Shown piece after piece: positions 8,518-17,721 of a stretch of 64,000 nucleotides of DNA. The translations under genes and the position numbers were made by a program. The stretch is taken from positions 5,434 through 69,433 of the IMG/VR virus record IMGVR_UViG_3300033412_000009. The stretch is one strand, 5' to 3'. The notes below the pieces were generated by a model that did not search any database, was not told the DNA's origin, and was given only the letters and a program-made list of their open reading frames with translations. Positions within the stretch are counted from its first letter, which is position 1, and every line of letters begins with the position of its first letter. The stretch is from a virus. Lineage: Duplodnaviria; Caudoviricetes.

Positions 8518-8654
8518 GAGTAGTGGTCTCCATCCGGGGTGGTGATGAGGATGTGGCCGGAGCCGTCAAGGCGCCAGGTGCATCCCAGTTTGACGAGTTT
8601 GATGAGCGCCTTCTCGATCTCCTTGTCGCAGCCGAGGCTGGTGCGCCGCGCCAT
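8394..8654 (-). CDS. HicA-like dsRBD-fold protein
   Basis: EIEKALIKLVKLGCTWRLDGSGHILITTPDG...TPP pattern with the HicA-type G-S/G-H motif. Confidence 0.55.
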   Translation of the reverse strand: MARRTSLGCDKEIEKALIKLVKLGCTWRLDGSGHILITTPDGDHYSWTATPPNPGITVKKARMIERRLRAGSRRPTPTKSSPRSDS

Positions 8655-8655
8655 C

Positions 8656-8937
8656 TCAGTACTCCCAGTCCGAGAATTTGTAGCCGGACTGCTGGCGGGC
8701 GATCCGCACGATCGCCGTGAGATCCTCGTCGCTCAGTTCGGGCAGATCGAAGGCGGCCCGCCAGTTGGCGTAGGCGGCCATGTGCTGAACCTCCGAATAG
8801 GAGGAGCCTGCCTCCAGGACCCAGTCGTGCAGGTGATCCCAGCAGACGTCCCGTTCCTGTCCGCAGAACAGTCGGATGCGGTGGCCTGCGTCGGCCGAGC
8901 AGTCTCGGCGGTAGCAGGTGACGGTCTCGACGGTCAT
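8656..8937 (-). CDS. Hypothetical protein with Cys/His zinc motif
   Basis: CYRRDC...CWDH; coupled overlaps. Confidence 0.6.
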   Translation of the reverse strand: MTVETVTCYRRDCSADAGHRIRLFCGQERDVCWDHLHDWVLEAGSSYSEVQHMAAYANWRAAFDLPELSDEDLTAIVRIARQQSGYKFSDWEY

Positions 8938-9107
8938 TCGTCTTCCTCTTCCTTCGATGCAAGGTGGGCGGCCAGGACGGGCAGGACGATGTCCCGAAGC
9001 ACGTCGGAACGGTCCTCTCCTGGGCCTCTCATGTCGTCGGCAGCGTCCTTGGCCCAGTGCGGGGCGCGGAACGCGAGCACGTCTTCGTAGTTGACGGGCC
9101 TGGGCAT
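8934..9107 (-). CDS. Small ribbon-helix-helix-like protein (57 aa, not in track)
   Basis: Hand translation MPRPVNYEDVLAFRAPHWAKDAADDMRGPGEDRSDVLRDIVLPVL; SD AGGAG. Confidence 0.5.
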   Translation of the reverse strand: MPRPVNYEDVLAFRAPHWAKDAADDMRGPGEDRSDVLRDIVLPVLAAHLASKEEEDE

Positions 9108-9145
9108 CTGTCAGTCTCCTGTCGTCGTGCTCGTGCAGGAGCGGG

Positions 9146-9475
9146 TCATGAGTGTCGGGTCAGCATGAGCCCGACTTCGCGGGCCCAGCGTGGGTGGTCG
9201 TGGACGAACTTGTGGTGGCGGTCGCAGAGGCAGCGAAGGTTGGCTGGGTCGTTGGAGATCTCGGGGTGGTTCAGATTGCGGCCTCTGGCGTGGTGGCCGA
9301 CCAGCCGCCCCCGACAGTCTCTGATCTCGGCGTAGGGGACTGGAACGAGATTGCCCCACGCATGGACCTCGAACTCGCAGCCTCGGGCGAGGACGGACGG
9401 CAGGATCCGCGCGTACATCTCGTCGAAGATCCGCTTGCGCCTCGTCGGCGTCGACTTGATAGGCACCCGCTCCAT
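9146..9475 (-). CDS. HNH endonuclease
   Basis: GHHARGRNLNHPEISNDPANLRCLCDRHHKFVH. Confidence 0.8.
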   Translation of the reverse strand: MERVPIKSTPTRRKRIFDEMYARILPSVLARGCEFEVHAWGNLVPVPYAEIRDCRGRLVGHHARGRNLNHPEISNDPANLRCLCDRHHKFVHDHPRWAREVGLMLTRHS

Positions 9476-9780
9476 CAGAGGGTCCGAGGGTCCGCCCCGT
9501 GGAGGACGTCCACGATCCAGTCGCCGATGTCCTCGGCCTTCACGATCTCCTGGTACATCAACGGAACGTCGGGGTGGGTCAGCTCGAAGCTGACCTGGTA
9601 GCCCGCGGCGACGACGTCGGAGGTCTCCTCCTGGAACGCCTCGTTCCAGCCGTACTTGTAGGGCAGCTCGATCGTCGTCGGTCGAGGGCCGGTGGTGGCC
9701 ACGATGTGCCCCTCGACGAGCTGGAGGATGATCGTCGGGGCCCGGCGGCCGGGCTGCGGGTCGATCAGGTAGTCGGACAT
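9475..9780 (-). CDS. Hypothetical protein, first gene of the leftward operon
   Basis: ATG 7 nt downstream of TATACT (9788-9793). Confidence 0.7.
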   Translation of the reverse strand: MSDYLIDPQPGRRAPTIILQLVEGHIVATTGPRPTTIELPYKYGWNEAFQEETSDVVAAGYQVSFELTHPDVPLMYQEIVKAEDIGDWIVDVLHGADPRTL

Positions 9781-9787
9781 GTAGACA

Positions 9788-9793
9788 AGTATA
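9788..9793 (-). promoter_or_regulatory. -10 box of the leftward glycosylation/methylation operon (leaderless)
   Basis: TATACT 7 nt before ATG 9780, in the divergent intergenic region. Confidence 0.6.
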
Positions 9794-9826
9794 CAGGATC
9801 CGCTAGGATGACCGCTACCCCCTCTA

Positions 9827-9877
9827 CTCAGAGAGGCCCCCGCCGCCCGTCAAGATCGGCGGGGGCACACCTCTGAG
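9827..9877 (+). promoter_or_regulatory. Long hairpin in the leader of the replication operon
   Basis: ctcagag...gcccccgccg / cggcgggggc...ctctgag nested inverted repeat. Confidence 0.45.
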
Positions 9878-9923
9878 GAGCACCGGAGACACCCGGCGAG
9901 GGCCACCCTACAGGAGGAGCGAG

Positions 9924-10208
9924 ATGGATCACGACGACGCCGACGCCAGGGCCGTCCTGGACTGGATGAAGAAGAACGGCCGCTGGCAGAACTGGCGAGC
10001 CCTCGACGCGGCGGGCCGCCCGAAGGTCTACCGTCGCAAGGTCTGCGAGATCTCCCGGACCAAGGTTCGGGTCTCCCTGAACATCCCCGGGCCCCGCCTC
10101 GACGCGGCGCTCGCCTACCTCACTTCGGAGCGGCTCGTGAACCCGGTCGGCCGGACCCTCCCGATCTCGTCCTGCCAGGCCGTGGAGCTGTGGATGGTGA
10201 ACCCGTGA
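9924..10208 (+). CDS. Hypothetical protein, possible winged HTH
   Basis: Strong SD AGGAGGAG; 94 aa, basic. Confidence 0.65.
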   Translation: MDHDDADARAVLDWMKKNGRWQNWRALDAAGRPKVYRRKVCEISRTKVRVSLNIPGPRLDAALAYLTSERLVNPVGRTLPISSCQAVELWMVNP

Positions 10209-10927
10209 GCACCGAGCGGATGAACACCTTCGAGAAGAGGACCCTCGGCTACGTGGCGGTCCCGAACTCGATCAACGACGACGAGCGCCTGTCCTTCAAG
10301 GCCCTCGGCATCCTCACCTACCTCCTCTCCCGGCCCGACGACTGGCGCCCGAACTACCGCCAGCTCATGAAGACCCACCTCGACGGCGAAGTGTCGGTCA
10401 GAGCTGGGCTCACCGAGCTGGAGGAGGCTGGCTACTACCGGAGGAGCCGGGTCCAGTATCCGGACGGGACCTGGGGGTGGCTGACCACGGTTTCGGAGAC
10501 ACCGAGCCTGGGCGAACCGAGCCTGGGAAACCCCGGCCCGGAGGATCCAGGCTCTTCTAATGACGGAAGAACAATGACTGAAGACCCAAGAGAGATCTCT
10601 AGCGAGATCTCTCCCCGGCTTCCTCAGATTCGGAAGCCGAACGAGATCTGGGATGCGCTCGGCGAAGCGTTCGGTGAGCCGCGAACCGCCCCGGAGCGGA
10701 GCAGGCGAGGGAAGACCACCAGGGAGCTTCGCGAAGTGGGTGCAAGCCCGGAGCAGATCGCCTACGCCGTCAAGCGCCACCGGGCGATCTGGCCCAACAT
10801 GACCTGCACCGAGCGGTCGATCGTCGCCCACTGGTCCGAGCTGGTCCACGCCCCGACCCGGAAGACGAGCCGCCACAACGATCTGATGAAGGCAGCGAGA
10901 GAGGAGTTGAACGGTGACCGAGGATGA
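10205..10927 (+). CDS. Phage replication initiator (N-terminal HTH)
   Basis: VPNSINDDERLSFKALGILTYLLSRPDDW...VRAGLTELEEAGY typical of phage replisome organizers; internal repeats. Confidence 0.85.
   Translation: MSTERMNTFEKRTLGYVAVPNSINDDERLSFKALGILTYLLSRPDDWRPNYRQLMKTHLDGEVSVRAGLTELEEAGYYRRSRVQYPDGTWGWLTTVSETPSLGEPSLGNPGPEDPGSSNDGRTMTEDPREISSEISPRLPQIRKPNEIWDALGEAFGEPRTAPERSRRGKTTRELREVGASPEQIAYAVKRHRAIWPNMTCTERSIVAHWSELVHAPTRKTSRHNDLMKAAREELNGDRG
10489..10611. repeat. Putative replication origin inside the initiator gene
   Basis: accgagcctggg direct repeats at 10501 and 10516 flanked by GGTTTC/GAAACC, an A-rich tract, then GAGATCTC palindromes at 10592 and 10604. Confidence 0.55.
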
Positions 10928-11636
10928 GGCCCACGACTTCATCGCCGAGATGAGGCTGGCGTTCCCAGCATCGAAGCCCGTCGCCACCATCGACGAGGAG
11001 GTGGCGCTGTGGATCCGGGACTTCGGGAACGTCGCTCCGGAGGAGATGGCCAAGGCCGTCACCGTCGCGATCGACCAGTCCCGCTACTACCCGACCCTGA
11101 AGGAAATGAGGAAGAGGCTGGAGCGGCTCGGGGCTGCTTCGCTCCCAAGGGAGGGGTGCCGCTGCGACGGCGTCGGCTACTACGAAGCCGCGCCGCGCCA
11201 GTGGATCCCGTGCCCGTCGTGCCTTCCGGCCGGGTTCCAGCGTTGGTCCGAGGGCCACTGGGGCGCCGACCACTGGTGCGAGCAATGCGCGACGGTGCGT
11301 CGCGGTGACGGGCCGATCCAGGTGGTCGACGAGCGCAAGCTGACTCAACGCCCCGTCGGAGCGACACTGGAGCGCGACCAGAACCTCCTTCGCCTCCGCG
11401 CGATCCGACAGGTGACGCGTGAGATCGCCGAGGCTGGCCAGGATCCCAGGCGGTACCGCCGGATGAGCCGGGCCCAGATCGACAAGCACTGGGAGGATCG
11501 GCTGAACGAGCTGATCGCCGCTGGCGTCGCCGACGATCCAGAGGCGGAGATCCCGCCGCCCGTGCTCACCCTCGTTCCCGACCTGTTCGAGGCGCTCTCG
11601 CCTGACGTCGATGAGGACGGCTGCGAGATCCTGTGA
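10914..11636 (+). CDS. Helicase loader/inhibitor-like protein (G39P-like N-terminus) with Cys cluster
   Basis: EAHDFIAEMRLAFP...EVALWIRDF...KAVTVAIDQSRYYPTLKEMR; position after the initiator. Confidence 0.65.
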   Translation: MTEDEAHDFIAEMRLAFPASKPVATIDEEVALWIRDFGNVAPEEMAKAVTVAIDQSRYYPTLKEMRKRLERLGAASLPREGCRCDGVGYYEAAPRQWIPCPSCLPAGFQRWSEGHWGADHWCEQCATVRRGDGPIQVVDERKLTQRPVGATLERDQNLLRLRAIRQVTREIAEAGQDPRRYRRMSRAQIDKHWEDRLNELIAAGVADDPEAEIPPPVLTLVPDLFEALSPDVDEDGCEIL

Positions 11637-12034
11637 ACATCGAGGGCTACCGGAACTGCGTCTTCTGCGACCGCCTCACCCCGGAGGCGATCTACCTCCG
11701 CTCCAACGGCTGGTGCGGGATCTGCATCACCGAAGGCCGCCACCCCGCCAACCTGAAGGCGCTCCGGGTCGAAGGCCGGACCGTCGCGGTCCCCCGCCGA
11801 CGCAAGTACGGCTCCCGAGGCAAGCCGGAGACCGTCAGAGCGCGGCGCAACGCCGAGGACGCGGCGATGAGGAAGCTGAAGAAGCTGTACCCCGCCGTCT
11901 ACTGGATCCTGCTCGCGGAGGAGCGAGCCAAGCGTGGGCTCCACCCGCTCCCCCTGACCCCGGGGGGTCTTGGAGGCGACATCGTAGTTGAGCTGCGTGA
12001 GGCCCTCCAGACGTTGGAGGCCCTGGAGGCGTAG
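11633..12034 (+). CDS. Hypothetical zinc-ribbon protein
   Basis: CVFC...CGIC; GTGA coupling. Confidence 0.65.
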   Translation: MNIEGYRNCVFCDRLTPEAIYLRSNGWCGICITEGRHPANLKALRVEGRTVAVPRRRKYGSRGKPETVRARRNAEDAAMRKLKKLYPAVYWILLAEERAKRGLHPLPLTPGGLGGDIVVELREALQTLEALEA

Positions 12035-12037
12035 CAT
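12032..12037 (+). promoter_or_regulatory. -10 box for a leaderless portal transcript
   Basis: TAGCAT 7 nt before ATG 12045; its TAG is the upstream stop codon. Confidence 0.5.
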
Positions 12038-12044
12038 CCCGGCG

Positions 12045-13529
12045 ATGGCCCGCCGGAAGTCCCTGACCGCCTCGATGAAGATCGCGGTCACCGATCCCAA
12101 CGCCCTCCTGCGGACCCGCGCCGCCAAGTCGAGGGTCGACTGGAGCCGGGCGTGGGACTACTACGACGACATCGGCGAGGTCCACTTCGCGCTCAACGAG
12201 GTCGGCCGGGAGATGTCGCGTGGCTGCCTCGTCGCCCAGAAGCGCACCGATGAGGGCTGGGAGACCGCGGACCTGAACGACAAGGCTCAGCTCCTCGTCG
12301 ATGGGATCCAGTCCTACGCCGGAGGCCAGGGCCAGTTCCTCCGCTCCTACTACATCAACACGAAGGTCACCGGAGAGGTCTGGCTGGTGATCTACGAGAA
12401 GGAAGGCCAGACCTGGTTCGACATGTGCTCGCCCGACGAGATCGACGTCATCGGCGGAGCAGGGGACAACAGCCCCACGAACCGGATCGTCCGGCGAATG
12501 ATCCCGTCGCGCAACATCGGCGTCACCGACACCGAGTCGATCGAGGTGCTCCCCGCGGCCACCGACCTGATCCGGTTCTGGAACCCGCATCCCCGCTTCT
12601 CGCTCCTCGGCGACTCGCCGATGGTGGCGATGGACGTGATCCTGGACGAGCTTCAGACCCTCACCCGGGCGCTGAAGAACAAGCTGATGTCCCGCCTGGC
12701 GATGTCGGGCTACTGGTTCATCCCGAACTCGATCCAGGAAGTCGGCGTCGGCGTCCCCGACGGTGATCCCACCGGGCTGACTGCTGACCCGCTCGTCAAC
12801 AAGATCGTCAAGTCGCTCTACGACGGCATGGCCGACACCAACGGCCCCGGTGGAGCGGCGCCGTTCATCCTCCGTGGCCCCGACGATGCTGGCGACAAGA
12901 TCCGCATCGAGTTCCCCGACCGGGAGTTGTTCACCGCCGAGATCGTGCTCCGTGATGAGCTGATCAACCGCGCGCTCGCCGGGCTCGACATCCACCCGCA
13001 GACAGCGAAGGGCACCCAGGACTCGAACCACTGGTCGTCGTGGTCGGGCCAGGAGATGCACATCAACAACCAGATCGCCCCCGAGTTCGAGACGCTGTGC
13101 GCCGGGCTCAACAAGGACTGGTACCCCGACGCCCTGGAGCAGATCGGCGAGGACCCCTCGGCGTGGCGGATCTGGTACGAGCTGGACAACCTGACCCAGC
13201 GGCCGAACCTCGCGAACGACGCCCGAGAGCTTGCCGACCGGGCCGCGATCTCCGACGAGGGCCTCCGCATGGCGGCAGGCATCGCCGAGGAGTACGCCCC
13301 CGACGGGCCCGAGAAGGTCCGCCTCATTGGCCGCTGGATCCGCAATCCCTACATGTCGACCTTCGGGATGCCGGAGCAGGACGAGTTCGACTGGGAGAAG
13401 ATCAACCCTCCCAAGGGTTCTGGTCCTCCCGGTGGGGGGGCGTCGCCAGCAGGCCCCGGAGTCGGCGATCCTGGTAGTCCGGACAACAACCAATCGGACA
13501 CCCCGAAGGGTGACCGGCCGGGAGGCTGA
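12045..13529 (+). CDS. Portal protein
   Basis: About 494 aa, first gene of the head module; AWDYYDDIGEVHF, FWNPHPR, G-N-HW-type motifs of actinophage portals. Confidence 0.85.
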   Translation: MARRKSLTASMKIAVTDPNALLRTRAAKSRVDWSRAWDYYDDIGEVHFALNEVGREMSRGCLVAQKRTDEGWETADLNDKAQLLVDGIQSYAGGQGQFLRSYYINTKVTGEVWLVIYEKEGQTWFDMCSPDEIDVIGGAGDNSPTNRIVRRMIPSRNIGVTDTESIEVLPAATDLIRFWNPHPRFSLLGDSPMVAMDVILDELQTLTRALKNKLMSRLAMSGYWFIPNSIQEVGVGVPDGDPTGLTADPLVNKIVKSLYDGMADTNGPGGAAPFILRGPDDAGDKIRIEFPDRELFTAEIVLRDELINRALAGLDIHPQTAKGTQDSNHWSSWSGQEMHINNQIAPEFETLCAGLNKDWYPDALEQIGEDPSAWRIWYELDNLTQRPNLANDARELADRAAISDEGLRMAAGIAEEYAPDGPEKVRLIGRWIRNPYMSTFGMPEQDEFDWEKINPPKGSGPPGGGASPAGPGVGDPGSPDNNQSDTPKGDRPGG

Positions 13530-13531
13530 AG

Positions 13532-14830
13532 ATGATCCGAACCTTTGGCGAAGTCGCCACAAGCGCGGAGGAGGGCTTCCTCCCCCGGCGCGTCCACTTC
13601 CCCACCCTCACCCGCCTCGATGAGGCGACGAAGGAGGGGATGATCGCCCGGACAGTCTTCTCCTCGGGCTTCGGCACCCGCGAGCTTCCCCTGTCGATCG
13701 CCTACCTCCCCTACTCGCTGCACTCCGAAGGCGGGCTCGCCCCCGTCGTCGGCCGTCTCGACGCCATCAAGATCGACGGCAACAACGTCGAGGCATGGGG
13801 ATGGCTGCTCGACTCCCCCGCCGGACGCGACGCCTACGCGGGGCTCGTGACCCGGTCGATGCGTGGCAACTCGATCGACATGGCCGACGTCAAGGTCGAG
13901 GTCGACTTCAACTTCGAGAACATGGACGACCCGATCAGCGTCAACTTCGTCGAGGCGAACGTGGCGGCCACCACCCTGTGCCCGGTCCCGGCATTCGCCG
14001 GAGCGAACGCTGCTCTGGATGCGGAGATCACGGCCTCCCTCGCCGTCGAAGACGATCTCGAAGTCGACATCGTCGGCATCCCCGACATCGCCAAGCTCGA
14101 CCGCCAGCTCACCGCGGCGCAGACGATCTTCTTCCCGCACGAGGCGTTCACCGTCCCGGAGCCCGACGTCGTCACCCCGGTGTCGATCTCCCGTGACGGT
14201 CGCTTCGTCACCGGCCACCTCGGCTCCTGGGAGGGCTGCCACACCGGCATCCTCGGCGAGTGCGTGACGATCCCCCGGTCGCGGAACAACTACTCGAAGT
14301 ACTGCTACTCGAAGCTGGAGACCGACAAGGGCTTCGCCTACACCGGCCCGATCCTGCTGCTCGGCGGTCACAAGGCGACCCGCCAGGTGATCAACGACGC
14401 GCTGGAGTCGATGGAGAACGTGTGGGCTTCGGTGACGGTCACCGACGGCAAGCTCGGCCCGTGGATGTGCGGCGTCGTGTCGCCCGGCATCACCGACGAG
14501 GCGCTCCACGCCGCGCGATCGGGTCGGATCTCCGGCCACTGGCTCAACGGCGAGCTGTACGCCGTCGCGTCTGTCCCGGTCGCCGGGTTCACCACCGAGC
14601 GGGCCACCAACTTCCAGGTGGAGCTGAACCCCGACAACGAGGTCGAGTACCTCGCTGCCTCGTTCGCGATGGACTGCGGCTGCGAGGAGGAGACCATCGA
14701 GGATCGCCTCTTCCGCATCGAGACCCAGCTCGGTCTCCGGAAGCAGGTGGAAGATGAGGGGATCGACTCGGAGCGCCAGGCCCTTGTTGCAGCGCTCGCT
14801 CTTGCTATCGGAGATGACGATGACAGCTAG
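13532..14830 (+). CDS. Capsid maturation protease-like head protein
   Basis: RELPLSI, VVGRLD, ATTLCPVPAF, GHLGSWEGCH; lies between portal and capsid genes. Confidence 0.7.
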   Translation: MIRTFGEVATSAEEGFLPRRVHFPTLTRLDEATKEGMIARTVFSSGFGTRELPLSIAYLPYSLHSEGGLAPVVGRLDAIKIDGNNVEAWGWLLDSPAGRDAYAGLVTRSMRGNSIDMADVKVEVDFNFENMDDPISVNFVEANVAATTLCPVPAFAGANAALDAEITASLAVEDDLEVDIVGIPDIAKLDRQLTAAQTIFFPHEAFTVPEPDVVTPVSISRDGRFVTGHLGSWEGCHTGILGECVTIPRSRNNYSKYCYSKLETDKGFAYTGPILLLGGHKATRQVINDALESMENVWASVTVTDGKLGPWMCGVVSPGITDEALHAARSGRISGHWLNGELYAVASVPVAGFTTERATNFQVELNPDNEVEYLAASFAMDCGCEEETIEDRLFRIETQLGLRKQVEDEGIDSERQALVAALALAIGDDDDS

Positions 14831-15062
14831 GAAGACCCCCGCCACCGGGAATCCCGACGAGGCCGCGTCCGTCGCCACGGCGAAGGCGACGAAGGCCCCC
14901 GTCGGCGATCCCTACACCCAGCTCGCCCTCGAATGGACGCTGCGCCGTCTCTATGAAGGTGCCGCCCGTCCATTCGCGCGGCGCAACGTGGAGCGCGATC
15001 GCACCATCGACGAGAACGTTCGCCAGGTGCTTCTCGATCGTCTCGACCTGATGGGCTTCTGA
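14820..15062 (+). CDS. Hypothetical head-region protein
   Basis: MTARKTPATG...; overlaps the protease stop. Confidence 0.55.
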   Translation: MTARKTPATGNPDEAASVATAKATKAPVGDPYTQLALEWTLRRLYEGAARPFARRNVERDRTIDENVRQVLLDRLDLMGF

Positions 15063-15082
15063 GGCCCTATAGCCAGGGCCTC
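15061..15082 (+). promoter_or_regulatory. Inverted repeat with ATAGCC loop upstream of the major capsid gene
   Basis: gaggccct-ATAGCC-agggcctc. Confidence 0.45.
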
Positions 15083-15132
15083 GACGGCTCGACCAAACTT
15101 CGCCCATCACACCGCAACCAAGGAGGCGGCAC

Positions 15133-16776
15133 ATGCTCCCGACGCTTCCCGAGAACTTCGGGACGCTCAACTCCACCGAGCTGAAGGCGCTTCGCGACGC
15201 GCTGAAGGCGGCGCTGAAGGACATCGCCGATGGAGAGACGTCCGTGTCGAACGAGGACTTGACGAAGGCTGTCGAGGATCTCGCGACTGTTCGTTCCCGG
15301 ATCCCGGTCGTGCTCGCCGCCGAGGTTGCTCTCGCCGAAGCCGATCCCGAGGACGACGAGGATGAGGATGACGACGAGGACGGCGTTCCCGATCTGGAGC
15401 CGGTCCCCGACCCGGCCAGCTCGTCCACGCCCACTCCGGCTCCCGAGCCTGAGGTCGTCGTTCCCGAGGTGATCGAGCCCGCCGCCGCTGCGGTCCCGGC
15501 CGTCACCTTCAAGCCGACCGGTCGCACCACGGCCAAGCCGGACACCGAGAAGACCTTCGAGGTCGCTCGCCTCCAGGCGATGGAGAACGTCCCGGGCAAG
15601 CGCCCCGGTGAGGCGTTCTCGGGCTGGACCGAGCTGGCCGAGCTGATGTACGAGCGGTCCCGCTCGCTCAGCCCCTCCTCGAACGATCGCATCGCGGTCG
15701 CCAAGGTGCTCGGTGGCTACGACAAGGAGCCCGGCCGAGTCCTCGACGAGCGGGTCGAGTTCAACCTCTCCCGCTTCGAGCCCGACGAGCTGACCGCGGC
15801 GCTGTGCGCCCCGTTCACCCCGTACTACGGGATGTCCTGCGCCAACACGGCCCGTCGGCCGGTGTTCGCCAGCCTCCCGCAGTTCCAGGCTCCCCGCGGC
15901 GGCGTGAGCATCTACCCGTCGCCGACGCTCGCCGACATCACCGATGGCACCGGCGTGTGGACCGCCGACGACGACGCCAACCCGACCGCCGTGAAGGCCG
16001 ATTGCCAGACGATCGAGTGCGCCACCCCGGTCGACTACGTCATGTACGCGGTGTACCGCTGCCTGACGGTCAAGAACATGCTCCAGATGACCTTCCCGGA
16101 GCTGTTGGAGGCGTACCTCAACCGGCTGGCCGCTGCATGGGCCCGCATGGCGGAGAAGCGGCTCCTGGACCTGATGGGCGCCAACGTCTCGCAGATCACC
16201 GCCCCGACCCAGAAGGTCGGCGCGAGCGAGTCGATCCTGACGACGATGCTCCAGTTCGTCACCGCCTACCAGGAGCGTCAGCGCTGGGACTTCGACACCG
16301 TCGAGATCTGGGCTCCTCGCTGGCTCCAGAACGCGCTGAAGGTGGACATGTTCCACCAGCGGCGCACCGATGGCGCCAAGACGATGCCGACCGATGGCGA
16401 TGTCACGGCGGTGTTCGCCCGGGCGGGCGCAACGGTCCACTGGTACCTGGACGACCCGACCTGGAAGACCGATGCTGCCCCGTCGCAGCCGGTGGCTGAC
16501 GGGAACCTCGTCGGCTGGCCGGACCACGTCAACCTGCTCGTCGCTCCGCCAGGGAAGTTCGCCCTGATCGACCGTGGCGAGTTGCGGGTCGGCGTGACGG
16601 GCAACAACATCTACCGCGACCTCACCTCGCTGATGCGGAACGAGTTCACCTTCTTCTTCGAGTCCTTCGAGGGGATCGTGGACACGAACTCCTGCCCGGC
16701 CGATCTGGTCGACATCCCGGTGTGCTTCAACGGCGTGCAGGTCGCCGACGTCACCGTGGACTGCGACTTGGTCTGA
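15133..16776 (+). CDS. Major capsid protein (hexamer type, with N-terminal scaffold-like domain)
   Basis: LTAALCAP, LPQFQAPRGG, KADCQTIEC, CLTVKNM..TFPEL as in cluster-B-type actinophage capsids; SD AAGGAGG; acidic N-terminal extension. Confidence 0.85.
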   Translation: MLPTLPENFGTLNSTELKALRDALKAALKDIADGETSVSNEDLTKAVEDLATVRSRIPVVLAAEVALAEADPEDDEDEDDDEDGVPDLEPVPDPASSSTPTPAPEPEVVVPEVIEPAAAAVPAVTFKPTGRTTAKPDTEKTFEVARLQAMENVPGKRPGEAFSGWTELAELMYERSRSLSPSSNDRIAVAKVLGGYDKEPGRVLDERVEFNLSRFEPDELTAALCAPFTPYYGMSCANTARRPVFASLPQFQAPRGGVSIYPSPTLADITDGTGVWTADDDANPTAVKADCQTIECATPVDYVMYAVYRCLTVKNMLQMTFPELLEAYLNRLAAAWARMAEKRLLDLMGANVSQITAPTQKVGASESILTTMLQFVTAYQERQRWDFDTVEIWAPRWLQNALKVDMFHQRRTDGAKTMPTDGDVTAVFARAGATVHWYLDDPTWKTDAAPSQPVADGNLVGWPDHVNLLVAPPGKFALIDRGELRVGVTGNNIYRDLTSLMRNEFTFFFESFEGIVDTNSCPADLVDIPVCFNGVQVADVTVDCDLV

Positions 16777-16791
16777 TCCACCTCAGAGTGA

Positions 16792-16825
16792 CCAGTGGCC
16801 GCCCCCTCCCCGGGGCGGCCACTGG
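16792..16825 (+). terminator. Terminator hairpin after the major capsid gene
   Basis: ccagtggccgcccc / ggggcggccactgg 14-bp stem. Confidence 0.65.
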
Positions 16826-16895
16826 CGCGTTCGGGCCTCTGACAGGGCGCGATTGCGCCCCGTACCGTTAGCCCCGATCACGAAGGAGCCCCACA

Positions 16896-17717
16896 GTGGC
16901 AATCCTGAGCAGCGAGAAGGAAGTCGTTGTCCTCCCCGTCCCGGCCTTGCGGCCGATCGGCCTGTTCGTCAACTCGGCGCAGCGCATCGGATGGGTAGAC
17001 CGCTACGCCCTCGGCGTCCGCTTCCAGCCCATCGACCTGACCGACCTCTCCTACGAGGGTGTCCCCTCGGGCGGCCCGTGCGTCGATGTGAACACGACCG
17101 TCACGCCGCGCGACTTCCCCGACGTCGAGGAGCAGAACAGCTTCTCGATCATCGACGCCGTCACCTGCAACGCGCTGTGGAAGACCTACGAGCAGCTCAA
17201 CGCTGACGTCGACCAGCACTTCGCCCTCATCATCTCCGAGGCCCTCGCCCGTGAGGCGATGTACGGCAACGGCGGCTCGGTCCACAACTTCGCCGATGAC
17301 GCCGTGGCCACGAACCCGACGACGGCTTCCACGGTCCTCGGCGCGATCGCCGAGCTGGAGGAGAACCTGGCGACGGCTCTGGGCAACACCCAGGGCGTCA
17401 TCCACATCGCTCCCTCCGCGCTGACCTACGCCATCGTGAACGGCACCGTGAACCGCCGTGGCGATCTGCTGTTCTCGCCGGGCGGCCACCAGGTCGTCTC
17501 CGACGCCGGGTACCAGGCCGTCGAGACCGGCACGACGACGGTGATCTACGGCACCGGCCCGGTGTACTTCGCGACCGGCGGCCAGTCGTCCCGAGCCCAG
17601 GAGGACTGGGAGTTCAACGACTGGACACGCAACCAGCTCCTGGCGCTGCACCAGGAGTTCGGCATCGTCCTCTACGACCCGAACAAGGTGTTCAAGATCA
17701 CGGCCACGAAGGCGTGA
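16896..17717 (+). CDS. Second capsid protein (pentamer type or minor capsid)
   Basis: 273 aa directly after the MCP; W..GV.F, AIAELEE, VIHIAP, QVVSDAGY, YGTGPV resemble the Rosebush-type pentamer family. Confidence 0.6.
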   Translation: MAILSSEKEVVVLPVPALRPIGLFVNSAQRIGWVDRYALGVRFQPIDLTDLSYEGVPSGGPCVDVNTTVTPRDFPDVEEQNSFSIIDAVTCNALWKTYEQLNADVDQHFALIISEALAREAMYGNGGSVHNFADDAVATNPTTASTVLGAIAELEENLATALGNTQGVIHIAPSALTYAIVNGTVNRRGDLLFSPGGHQVVSDAGYQAVETGTTTVIYGTGPVYFATGGQSSRAQEDWEFNDWTRNQLLALHQEFGIVLYDPNKVFKITATKA

Positions 17718-17721
17718 TGCT

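Noticed and set aside
15340-15500. Poly-acidic and Pro-rich low-complexity stretch in the major capsid gene
   Set aside because: It is consistent with the linker of a fused scaffold domain; no separate element is needed
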